A DNA stretch of 64,000 nucleotides from Balanoglossus misakiensis. Its lineage: Eukaryota; Animalia; Hemichordata. The stretch is from positions 6,541,579-6,605,578 of the forward strand of contig CM082593.2 of assembly GCA_040954595.2 (NCBI GenBank), in the 5' to 3' direction. Positions 25,801 through 37,117 of the stretch are shown one piece after another (within the stretch, counting starts at the first letter, position 1; each line of letters opens with the position of its first letter). The notes beneath the pieces were generated by a model. That model was not told the origin of the DNA and ran no database searches. It was given only the letters and a program-made list of their open reading frames with translations. A program made the translations under genes and the position numbers.

Positions 25801-28800
25801 CTCAAGGCACATTTGTGTCTTTGCATATGTTTTTCTTTTTCAGATATTCTTGATGGACAATATTTTATCACTAACGCGTATTGGTGATAGCAGTCAACAT
25901 TTTCATTGCAGATTTTTATAAAGGTGAAACTGAACGAACCGCCTTATATCATTTTGAGTTGTCGATAGACATCAAAGTTTTACTATTCGGGTCATTTTTT
26001 CTCCCGTTAAAATGCGAACATTATGTTAACATTTCCTATAGCCTGACGCCAACGTACTAAAATGTGCGACCAAACTGCTGTTGAGCAAACGCCCTCCACG
26101 ACCGAATGTGATACATACAGACGTTCTCTCTGTTAAGTTTTTAGTTCCTTTAGATGACTAACCAATCAGATTTCACAGAGAGAACAAAAAATGCCATCCT
26201 AAAAAATTAAAATAATGCAAGAAAACTCACTTTTGATTGCGTAATTATTAAACTCGCCTTCTGTAATCAAGTCGATAAAGGCGGCTAAAATGAATAGCTT
26301 CTCTGAAGACATTGAGTCTCGTTTTCACGCCAATTTTGTCGTCATGGAAAATATAGCGTCATTGACGGATATTGGACAATTACTTTTATCATAAGATATA
26401 ATCAGGCCCAGTCAATGGGTTAATATGAATCAGTGTTGTCCTGTCGCTTTCTATTGAACGCGGGCGTTGTCCTCCTGAACGACACTGTCTAACACTTTCA
26501 ATAAAATTACTTGTAATTGGAATCAGCCTCATTTTATTGATATGTGAGACAGAAATTAAAGGTTTTCACGGCCACAGAAGAAGCGCGCAATATTAGTATT
26601 TTCCCGCGCTTTCATACTTCGCACGAATGCCTGCAGGGCGAAAACTGTTTGAAATCCGTTGCTCATCTTCAGATTAAAAATATTGATCGCTCGGTAAGAG
26701 AAAAATAAAAAAATATGGGATTATTGCTTTCAACTAAAAAGATATGAAGTACGGATGTAAATCGGCACATAAAGACAACTTACTCGTGAAAATTTAAAGT
26801 TAGTAGTTGTTAGACGTATGCGCACGATCAACAAGCGACTGTTTGGACGCCATATTGGATGGTCATATTCTTATACGCTATCTGGTCATAGAGGGCATTG
26901 ATCACCGGAAATGTTCACCAATACGTCACTTCTTCGTTCTGTTCTAATATAATTAATTGTCTGTGCTTTTATTAGATGGAGTGAAATTTTTACAACGAGG
27001 ATTAAAGTGATATCTCGTATGTCGCCTGAGAATTATTTTGTTCTGGTGACATGTCCCATTCTATAAGGCAAATTAATATTCAAATCAGCTAATAAGAGTA
27101 CAGTATATTTTCTACGGTTCAGCAACCCTATCTTACATCACCCGAGTTCAACGGAAAACCCACGCTGTCATTTTGACTTCGTTATCGGATTTATTCAGCT
27201 TTTAATGTACAGGAATTAGTTCGGGCAAGGGAACCTCTAAGTCACCGGTCGTAGATTTCGAGATTTTAATGCTTTCGGCGTCGGGCGGATCTTGTCATCA
27301 ACAGATCATGACCACTCACCGTGACTGACCTTCGAACTTTCCGGGAATGGGGATGATGATGTCATTCGCGTTTGTGAGGCCGAGCGCGCGAGCAGATGTT
27401 AACACAATTATTCGTGGTAGTTGTGTTTCTGGCGACTGTGAGAACAATGCGATGATTGGTCAACAGAACAGATGGCACCGGGACTCATTATTACCACGGT
27501 GACAGCCAATCAGAGAAGGCTGTGAAATCGATAACTTCATGGAATGACGTCTGGACCTTTCGATTAAGATTTAGCATGCACGGTCACAAGCGCTGTTTGC
27601 ATATTATACAGTGTTTTTTTTTTCTAAGATTTCAAAATTTGCATCTTGCATTCTTGTCTTTCATAAAGTCAAACATGGCGTCAAAATACTGGTTGATTGG
27701 TCTGAAAGCGAAAATTGATTTGGAGTGTACATTCAATAACTGCAACTCTAAATATAGTGCTCAACGTGACTTCTCATTTCGACCTAATTTGTCGATTTGC
27801 CCTCGCCACAAATTGGCTTTTCAAGACTCGCTACACAAGCAACCTTGGCGAATTTTCCATTTTAATTGAAAGAGCAAACTATCATCGCTTGGCTGAGTTA
27901 TAATCTTTTCGGATTTACCGCACAGCGTTTGATGCAGACGGCAGAATTATTCTATGTGGGTGATGATTTTCTTCCAAGCCAAGCTCAATAAAATAACAAC
28001 GTGTGGACTTTTGAGCCGGATAATATTGGACGGTGCATTGTGAATGCATGTTACGGAGGTCGGTGATTATTACGCTGGGAGGTCGACACACAATCAGATT
28101 TTCCGAGGCCGAGATTAAACATTGATGGTTTCATTATAGTGTCGAGTGTCGGCGTTATTGGAGAAATTGTAATGATTTGAAGACAGTCAGTGGTTATGAT
28201 TGAGCCCCGGTCTAATCTCACCAGTGGGAGTTGGTTGGCAGGGCTGTGTCTTCGTGTTTTGACACCAAACGTAAACGCGTTGCATTTGAGAGGAAATGTA
28301 CTCGACATTTGCCATGTTCGACTTGTGGTGTAGGTTTGTCAAAACTTTGTCGTGTGTGATACAAGCGTACAACTTCGGCGTTTTTCGCTGTAGAATACAA
28401 ATCAAAGGTTTCGTCTCACCTTGCGCTTGCACACGCGGACACACCATTACCAGTTACGCCTGCATGATCCTCCGACAGCAGCGACGCAATCTCTCTAGAG
28501 GGCGGCCTTGTCATTTTTTTTGTGCGCAGACGCAGATTCTTTTGATTTCTGGAGGGGAAACACCTGTTGAATGTGTGGAGAAAAATCTCAAGTATCAAAG
28601 GTTGAACATAAGTCGAGATTTAATGCACGTCTAAATGTAAGCCAGGCAAACACTTACGTAGAAAAGGTAAATAAAGTTATATCAGATGAAATCAAAGAAG
28701 TGAAACGTTTCACTGCAAATTCGTTCAAATTATTACATCAGTTTGAATGAATGAATGAATGAATGAATGAATGAATGAATGAATGAATGAATGAATGAAT

Positions 28801-31602
28801 GAATGAATGAATGAATGAATGAATGAATGAATGAATGAATGAATGAATGAATGAATGACCTTTAACTCGCTATTTTTAAACGTCACAATGTCAGTGAGTG
28901 CCTCGTTAAGTCCTTGCGCACAAGGCCATCTGCCCTCTGTAATTGAAACCCGATCTCTTTGCTTCATAACCAAATAAGTAGTCATCCCTCGGTTGCTTTG
29001 AGGACATATTTTCGCGGGAAAGTAGGGACACAAAGTAAGACCTTCCACAGCGAAACATCTGACAGGTGGTCTTCATTAAATGTATTCTATACACAAATTT
29101 CGTTCCGGTTAGGATCTATCAAATAAAATACTAGAATATTTTTCATGTTTTGCTAGACGGCGCTGTATAGGCTAGGACGTTTGTCGCACGTGGTAATAAT
29201 ATCCGGTCAATTCCTGGCCAATTATTGTGTCGTTTTAGAAACTGGCAGATTGCAGCTATCGTATTCAATGTTTTTATCCGATGCTGTGTTCTATCAATTG
29301 CTTTATGCATACAACTTTGTACAGAGAGCTAAACAAGCTTGTTTTCATGACGTCCCTCTTAGTTTTCATTCATAACGAGCCTAGCGCCTCGCTTTGGCTC
29401 TAACAAGATTTGCATTTATGTCAGCCCTCTTTCGCCTTAGAGAATCTAACGTATGAAATTCGTAGTTCTAAATCCGAGGCGGCCTGCATATCGTTTCATT
29501 GAAGAAGCTGACAACAACACTAACATGAAATCCACCATATCGCCAGGGAATATAAAGATGGCGTAGCACTTTCTGCAGACTAGATAAAATGTCCAAAGGG
29601 ATTAAATAAACACAAGTGATTAAGAGATACCGCGTTACGAGTTTGGAAGAATTTTAGTACTGCCGAGAGAAAGTCCTCAGTGAAACTGAATTTATGAGCT
29701 TTACAGCATCGTTTCCGGACAAACGAACACGCGGATTTTTCTTTCCGATTTAAATTTATACCACGTTCTGTAAACGTCAAGACAGGATATTATTTAACAA
29801 TGATATATTAGGAGTCTATTGCGGTTTAACTCTTTGTAAGTATCGGCATCAATTTGAACCGATCCGCGAATTGTATCTTCCCCAGAAGTATATACAGACC
29901 AACTATTCCCGCCCAAAACTTAACCCAGAAATTCTCGTTTTGACCAATACAACCTTAAGAAAAATCAGCACTAGATGATATCATTTATTTGATTTCTTTT
30001 CTATACGTAGCACCAAATTTCGAAGCCTTACTCTACAGTGTTTGGATTTAACTTGGTGGCCTAGTCTACTACGCGCAGCATGTTTAGTCGGTTGACGATT
30101 TAAAAGAAAAGTTCCCCTTCTGGGAATATGACCGATAGCTCAGGGATCGTACGCATGTAATGCTCTGGCAGTTTTAACGAGCCAACGTGGCATCTTGCTC
30201 GGATATGCCATTGCATTAGATAACGGTGAAATTATTATTCATTAAGCAGACTGTCGATCGAGGTGATATACCAACTGACATTTTACGCGCAAAAATCATG
30301 ACACAAATTCTAGCGTTCCCGAGATCCGCTTCAAAGTTCGTTACGGTTCAAAACCAACCACATTTTTCTGATAATTTATTTTGGTCAGATATGATGCCTT
30401 TTTCTGTCTTTTTCTGCTTGGTGGTAAAGTCTGCTACCGTGACGTCATGTGGGTTCAAGTTTCTGAACATTAATATACACGAACATTTATGGTATTTTAA
30501 ACTTTTCTGCGTACTGTTTTTTGTATTTCAGATTTTAGCAAACTGTCTATACGAGACGGAACTAATGGAAGACGGGACTGTCCAACAAGTACGGGTGCGT
30601 AGCAGTTACTCCGATATAGGAGACGCTTGCTGGAAAAACTGGGGAGGGCGCTTTATCAACTACGTACAATTAATCGATTTGATAGCTGTGGCGGCGCTGT
30701 ATTTGGAGCTGCCCGGATTTCTGATGATGGACGCTTTCCCGAACGCCCCCATTACGCAGGTCGGCTGGACCATCATCACGGCTTTGCTGGTGCTGCCCAG
30801 CATATTCCTGCGGACTCTGACCATGATCGCGTGGCTCAGCATGCTGGCGGTGGTGGCGTACTTCATCATGGGCGCCTGCGTGGTGGGCTACGGGCTGTCC
30901 ATCGTCACCGAGTGGGAGTCGGTGTCCTGGGAACACTTCACCCTGGAGACGTTCATGGTGTCCTTCGGTCTGACCCTCTTCCACTACGACACCGTCTACG
31001 CGGCCATCCCCAGCGTGGAGGCGAGCATGAAGCACCGCGAGCGCTTCAACCGCATGATCGACTGGACCTTCGTGCTCCTGACGATATTCAACCTGCTCTA
31101 CGGCATCATGGCGTACCTGACGTTCGGCTCGCACACGGCGGAGTTGATCACCGACAGCCTTCCCCGCGGTCCCTACCACATAGTCAACGTCTTTGTCGTC
31201 ATCAAGGCCCTGCTCACGTACCCGCTCATGATATTCATGATTATCACGTACATCGAGTTCTGCAAGATCCGATTCTTCCCGCCTTGCCAGGGGGCGACAC
31301 CCGACCAACTGCCCGGGCTTTGGGCCATGATATTCCGCGTAGTCCTCGTCATCTTCACGCTGTTCTTAGCAATTGTCGTTCCCCACTTCCGCCATTTTAT
31401 GGGTTTTATCGGTGCGGTCATGACCCCATTTGTTGCATATATTATACCGTGTGGGTGTCACCTTAAATTAAAATTCCATGAATTGAAATGGTGGGAAATA
31501 ACTCTAGAAGTTACTATTATATTGGTGGCCATCGTTGGTGGCGCCTTGGCTGTCATATTTGCCGCCAAACAACTCGTAGAAGCGTATATACCAAAGCCAT
31601 GA
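9159..31602 (+). CDS. SLC32/VIAAT (vesicular inhibitory amino acid transporter)-like AAAP-family transporter, about 470 aa; join(9159-9174, 9937-10107, 19371-19525, 30532-31602)
   Basis: All junctions are GT-AG and phase-compatible (1,1,0), totalling 1413 nt in one open frame. Motifs WNVANCVQGAGILSLPYA, CYTCKILANCLYE, RVRSSYSDIG, PSVEASM, ITDSLP and KALLTYPL resemble VGAT/SLC32A1 (WNVTNAIQG..LPYA, CYTGKILIACLYE, RVRDSY, PSLEGNM, ITDNLP, KALLSYPL). Multiple hydrophobic TM segments. Probably a paralog rather than the strict ortholog. Confidence 0.88.
9883..9934 (+). repeat. Imperfect (CT)n tract serving as polypyrimidine tract
   Basis: Lies directly upstream of the AG acceptor at 9935-9936. 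Confidence 0.85.
9937..10107 (+). CDS. VIAAT-like exon, cytosolic N-terminus (MKLKVMHRATSP...DGDTQTP)
   Basis: About 50-nt CT tract plus TTCCAG acceptor (AG 9935-9936); donor C|GTGAGT at 10108; phase 1 matches the next exon. Confidence 0.75.
13759..13824. repeat. (GTCT)n microsatellite, imperfect 5' part
   Basis: Directly visible tandem repeat. Confidence 0.9.
19371..19525 (+). CDS. VIAAT-like exon, TM1-TM2 (GTSSTWLAAWNVANCVQGAGILSLPYAVKEGG...CYTCK)
   Basis: Poly-T tract plus TTTCAG acceptor (AG 19369-19370); donor AAA|GTAAGT at 19526; AAAP-family TM1 motif. Confidence 0.92.
21270..21640. repeat. Compound (TATG)n microsatellite with (TACG)8 block and TATC variants
   Basis: Directly visible; source of the MYVC-type ORFs. 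Confidence 0.97.
28744..28858. repeat. (GAAT)n microsatellite
   Basis: Directly visible perfect tandem repeat. Confidence 0.97.
30532..31602 (+). CDS. VIAAT-like terminal exon, remaining TM core (ILANCLYE...AYIPKP*)
   Basis: Acceptor TTTCAG (AG 30530-30531), phase 0; 356 codons to TGA; strong codon bias; VGAT-like motifs. Confidence 0.95.
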   Translation: MLANCLYETELMEDGTVQQVRVRSSYSDIGDACWKNWGGRFINYVQLIDLIAVAALYLELPGFLMMDAFPNAPITQVGWTIITALLVLPSIFLRTLTMIAWLSMLAVVAYFIMGACVVGYGLSIVTEWESVSWEHFTLETFMVSFGLTLFHYDTVYAAIPSVEASMKHRERFNRMIDWTFVLLTIFNLLYGIMAYLTFGSHTAELITDSLPRGPYHIVNVFVVIKALLTYPLMIFMIITYIEFCKIRFFPPCQGATPDQLPGLWAMIFRVVLVIFTLFLAIVVPHFRHFMGFIGAVMTPFVAYIIPCGCHLKLKFHELKWWEITLEVTIILVAIVGGALAVIFAAKQLVEAYIPKP

Positions 31603-33269
31603 CGACGGCACAAATAAATTAAAATTAGAGATTAAAAAAATAAATTAAATGATATTGGAACATGCGCATGATTCTTCTTGAAAATGACTTTTTTGCATTT
31701 GTTTCTTGTACATGTACGTCGACGTCATGCCGAGAAAAAAAAGAGATATACAATATCTGTAGATGTTGCGTCAGCCAAGTGCTGCGAACTGGCGACGGCA
31801 GAACGACCAGATTCACTAGTTGTGAAAAAAAGGATAGACCACAACATCTACGCATGTGCTGCATGCACCTGGACGTAAGATTCAAGATGGCGGCTACTTA
31901 ATTAATTATAAAAGGGAATTGTACGGTTTTTTCGTTGCCAGCAAATTCTGACAGGCTGAAGACAACACAGGCAAGCAATACATACCCAAGAAGCAGAGAG
32001 AAAGTGTGTTTCAAACGCTGACTTGACTGAACTACGTGGAATGCGAACAAACATTTTCATCGTTGATATAAGTAAGCTTATTGGGCAAGAATATGTCTCG
32101 CGCGTAGTTGCAAGTTCTATAAGATTCAATGTGAAAGAAACAGGACAGATTGAGGATGGATTTTCAACTTAGATGGTGGTATTGTTGAAAGTGGTATCGT
32201 TCGAGAAACAAGACTAGTACCTACCGTTCGATTTGAGAAGGCTGAAGTTGCCCACCTGTGAATCCGTGTCGACAGCAATACTTCCGGTGTACCTTTTCTT
32301 CATTTGCTAAAGGGCATATCCCCAGTACCCCCTAGCTTAACGTTATTCATCAGAATGCTTGAAACATTGAAAGATCCTGTCTCCTGGTCCGACTGTCTCA
32401 GCAACAGCGGGTGTAACGATGACAACCAAGCATGAGTTAATATGGACGAGGAATTTATGCCACCAAGTAAAAACCCTGCCAGACCATGGACGATAGAGAC
32501 AGTTTTGGTGACGTCATATATATTCGGTCGATATCTGTTGATTGATGGTATGACATAACAGACATAAATTCTATAAAACTTGTGAAGCTCCCGTGGAGGA
32601 CAAACTGGAGTGATTAAAAACGAGTTGGGGTAATTCTGATAGTTGAGTTTGGTTGATAGCCCTTTTCAATCTGTAGGAATTCACTGCAAATAGCAATAAA
32701 TTCGAGCCTGTCAGAAAACGCACACTGCCGCAGGAAAGATTTCACGCACAGCCTATCCTTTTTCGCCTCGTTGACGCATCGTGTACTGAAAACGTTGAAT
32801 ATATCTATCGACACTCGAATCTCGTGCTGAAAATACTAAGTTATGGCGACTCCAACTTGTTGATTATATTTGTACATGTCTTAGTAATCACTGTCGTCTG
32901 CATCAGTATTCGTTGTGTTTTCTTACCCCTCTTCCACCAGAATGGCGCAATTTCCAATTCTTTTCAGTAATCTTCTCACACTATCACATGATTTTGGCAC
33001 ACGCATTTCTTTAATACCAACTGTACTGGCAATATTTAATGTAGGAGAGTGTAGTCCAAATGTTATGTGGAAAATAAACAACATATACTTTGCAAGGTCG
33101 TTGTAGTTTTGTCGTCCTTGGAACACAGGTGTTTACAAGTAAACTATAACACGCACTGTGCATCTGGTATATAACAAAAATGTATACATGTAAGTTACTC
33201 ATGATCAACTGTGCATTATTTTTCTTCTTTTTTATCACGGTCCCTGCACACACCGTGTTTTATACAAAG

Positions 33270-33275
33270 AATAAA
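33270..33275 (+). terminator. Candidate distal polyadenylation signal of the VIAAT-like gene
   Basis: AATAAA followed about 15-40 nt later by a GU/U-rich tract. A proximal AATAAA also lies at 31613-31618. Confidence 0.35.
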
Positions 33276-35201
33276 GGAAAGTAACTTATACGTTGTTTTC
33301 ATTTTTGATTTGATGAAATTGGGAATGTTTGAGTTCGGATTTCACATTGTACATGTATAACTTTGATGTTCCAGGAGATTCCTCGCTTGAGGGCGTCCTC
33401 CCCCAAAACACCATTTACTGCGCGTCATGATGGCGTGTATTTTGAGCACGCCTAAATTCTGTTTTTGACCCGAAACTAGAATCTCAAAAAAAAAAAAAAA
33501 ACAGATCGCTCAAGTGTACGTGTTGTTTTCAGCGCTGGTTCAGAAAAGCAAATTGACAAATCAAGAAAAGGCGACTCTTCAAGTTGACAGGAACATCACC
33601 CAGATCCCAAATCGTGGGAAACCTTGAAGTGTGAAACGATTAAGTCTTTTGTAACAAATGTTAACCAAGCAAACATCTGGTTTGAAAATAAGCCCTTCAA
33701 TCAAATGAACAGAGCCGTGTCGGTAATCAAGGTGGCGACATAATCCGGCGCTTGCTAATTCCTCAATTTAGGAGAAAATCATAAAGACAATTATTAACTG
33801 ATTGATTGAGTTCAATCCGGGAGAAAAGCTAATTACCGCGAACAAAGAAAAGACACAAGACAAAAGACGTGTCCCCAAAGATGCGGGTATTGTGTACCTG
33901 CCATTGTGAACTTGAATGGAACGCAAGTACAGTTGCCAGATTCTAAAAACATAATATTTACAACGCTATGACAACAACCGCAGTGTGCGTTGAACAAATT
34001 CAAAGATGGCTGCTTTTTGAAACAAGATTGATCACTCATACGAATGAAGCCAGGCAAAGAATTGGTAACAGGACTTTATCAAAGTGACGTCACTGTTCAA
34101 GTTAGTGCTGAGAAGGAACTGGCCACATATATTACAAAATTGTCTGATTGTGTACTGTTTTTGAATTGGATTTAAGATATTTTATTCTACCCGTCATCCA
34201 ACGGGCGCGTTTTCAATTACAACCTAAGGGTGGGTACCCATCTCTCTTGGGTAAGTGAGACGCAATGAGAAGTAAAGTGTCTTGGTCACACGTGGGCCGT
34301 TCCTGGACAAATACTTATAAGTACAATGCTTTATGTCGTGTTAATAGTGCTCGGTTTGGGTTGTTCAAATATTCAACTTCACTGACTACAGTTTCACTCA
34401 ACACATCAAATTTTAGCTTATGTTTCTCCAAGCAAAAAAATATAAACAGTCGCTTGTCACGACGTCACCTGGGCGATATCACGATCACGATGTCCAGGCT
34501 GCGAGTCCGGTATTGATGTTTCATTCACACACTCACCCAGCCAGCACATTTACAATGACAAACGGTGAAATAGTTACAATTAATTTTCCGTTTGCTAAAG
34601 GCTAAACTGGCACCGTCTTTCGCTATTTTACTGACTCACGATTTTCGAGCTTTGCTATATGTGCGGTTGCTATAACCATGGACACTCGCTCCGGGGTCTA
34701 TGCCGGAGCGTGCGCAGAGCGACAGGGCATGCGCGCTGGGTGACAGTGAGTGGCGGGGGTCACCCCAACGACTTGTTGGGTGGCGGGGCACGCGACGGAC
34801 GACTGCGCAACGCACTGTCGCGATTGTTAGTCCGTGCGACAGGTGGCAACCGAACTCTCACTCTCTATGGCATCTGCCCACATCCCCCTGTGTGACTCAC
34901 GACTCAGTAATTGGATCATAATAGAACTTAAAAGCGTTATGTCACCCCAGAATTGTCCGGCACCCACGTGAAATACCGACCCTGCTGCGCTGGATTAGGT
35001 ATCCGGGTCTTGCGTTCCCACTCGAGCTCCGTTTCAATTCCGGTAGTATGCGCCTTGAAAATCAAAGCCTTTGACTTCTTGTTATACATGTATTTTGCTC
35101 AAGGAGATTTTATATTATTAAAATTGATAATAAATGTCGGGGTCACCATGCAAAATGGTGAATCAGAGCAAAATTGGCTCAAATTTGAAAAGGCAGCCAC
35201 A

Positions 35202-35323
<122 letters not shown>

Positions 35324-36806
35324 CACATGATAGAACAATACGTCGAGGTTCTATAAAATCGGAGATTAAATATCTGTGTCGATTTTAAAAACACTCGGAA
35401 TTCATGTCAAAGGAAAACTCAACTAATTCGTCATTGTTGCACTGAAGAGGAGGTATACCCTTCGCCATTCATTGCAGCGCACTTTTATATACAAATGATA
35501 TTAAATGAAATGCCATACAAAGTGGCACTGTAACAGTTAATTTCGGGCTGGTCACTTTTGTGTACGTCCCACCCACAGAAAACACAAGGGACCTTTCAAT
35601 TATGCGCCACACAAAAGAAGCCAGCTGAAATAAGAGGCCAAAAAATGTCACAAACACTATATAGACTGTAGCAAAAAGAAAAGTACACGAAGAAAACAAA
35701 TATTGAATTTAAGAGGCGGTGTAGTTCCAAACGTCTGATGGCTTTTGCGCCTCCGTGCTGCCGCGGCTTCACCATACCAACACTCGACGGAGCGTTGCTT
35801 TGTGGTCGGAGAGTTGAGGTCATCTGCTCGCCGCCTGTGTGACATTGCGTCCTTCAAGTTCAACATATATCCACACGAGTCCGTGTGTGTTGGTCGGTTG
35901 TGGTTATATCAATACCAACTCCAGCCCTTGTGCACGTCAGCACACATTTTCATCCGCTCTTTCTTCTCTCACTGTTTGTACCTCAGAATAACAGGTGGTG
36001 GGATGAATCACGTCAAACAAACCGCGTGTACTAAAACTGAGTGTGTGAACCGTGTGGGGTAATACGATTTACAACGAAAAAACAATGCAATATTTTCTTA
36101 ATGACAGAGACAGTTTATTGAGAAATAAATCTAATTTGTCTTTCTCGGTGAAGCAGATTATATAGAGTCACCGGCCCATGATTAATGTCAATAAAAAAAA
36201 CTCACAGATGACCGGCATAACGAAAGGGTAAACGTACTTGTATTGGCACATTCAGCACTTTCTTGACGCTATTATAAATAATATAATAGGAGTTTTAATC
36301 GTTTCAAAAAAGGTCACCCTGCTATCCAAGCGCTTACTATTATTAACAGGTAACGAGTGCAATACAAAAAGACAGCATTTGCACTCGAAACGTCTGCATA
36401 GGCCATTGCGTGAAAACATGTCCACAAGCTGTCCAGAACAACGCCACCATTCACTTAATTTAATCATTGTGATTTAATTGGTTGCGATTTATGACCGCAT
36501 GCGCAGTTAATGAAAGACTGTCGAAAGTCAGCTCACTCGGAGAAGCATATGGTTGAGCTATATCTGTTCAGAGAACTCGCCGCTTCACTCCAATATCCTG
36601 AGGGGGGCCTCTTTTTAATTGGTATGTGATATTCTGTGACGTGTGCGTTGCGCTTTCTCGTGAGAAAAGTTGTCAAAAGTCTGTTCCGTGTCTTTTCAGA
36701 AGGACCTTCGGGATGTAAAACTGAAACAAAATACACACTATTTTTGTTATTTAGACAGCCACGACTCCAATTCGCTCAGTGAATGGGTGGATGGATAATG
36801 TTACAG

Positions 36807-37117
36807 GTTAAATGGACATTACCTGTAACTTCTGGCTATATTTTCAGTATTTTTGTTCTGTGTATCAAATGCGATTTCTTGTTCTACTTCAAAGGGCATA
36901 CTAATTAATGTACCCAGTTCTCCGCTTGTCAGCATAGCCTGTATGATGCGCGTAACAACCAAAGTTATTCTTGACAAATGAGTTCTAGCCCGGAATTGAT
37001 TTCAATGTTTGCGCATAACAGTGCCGAATATACAGTCATGTAAAGACTGTGTTGCTAAGCCTAATACGCTGCATTTCATCACACCGTAAGGGGCGCTGTC
37101 TATGACAGGTAACATTC
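36807..37117. mobile_element. Possible degenerate MITE
   Basis: Left end TTAAATGGACATTACCTGT and right end ACAGGTAACATTCA form an imperfect inverted repeat (about 11/14); no clear right TSD. Confidence 0.3.

Noticed and set aside
30226-30531. First 102 codons of the 458-aa track ORF
   Set aside because: Starts at GTG, has no transporter similarity and ends in a polypyrimidine tract plus AG, so it is intron sequence that happens to be open.
30627-31466. Overlapping 279-aa (+) and 212-aa (-) ORFs
   Set aside because: Shadow ORFs caused by high GC3 in the real frame; no domain recognisable.
35596-36062. Cluster of short ORFs in a GC-richer patch
   Set aside because: Manual extension hits stops in all minus frames; no domain or consistent splice sites.
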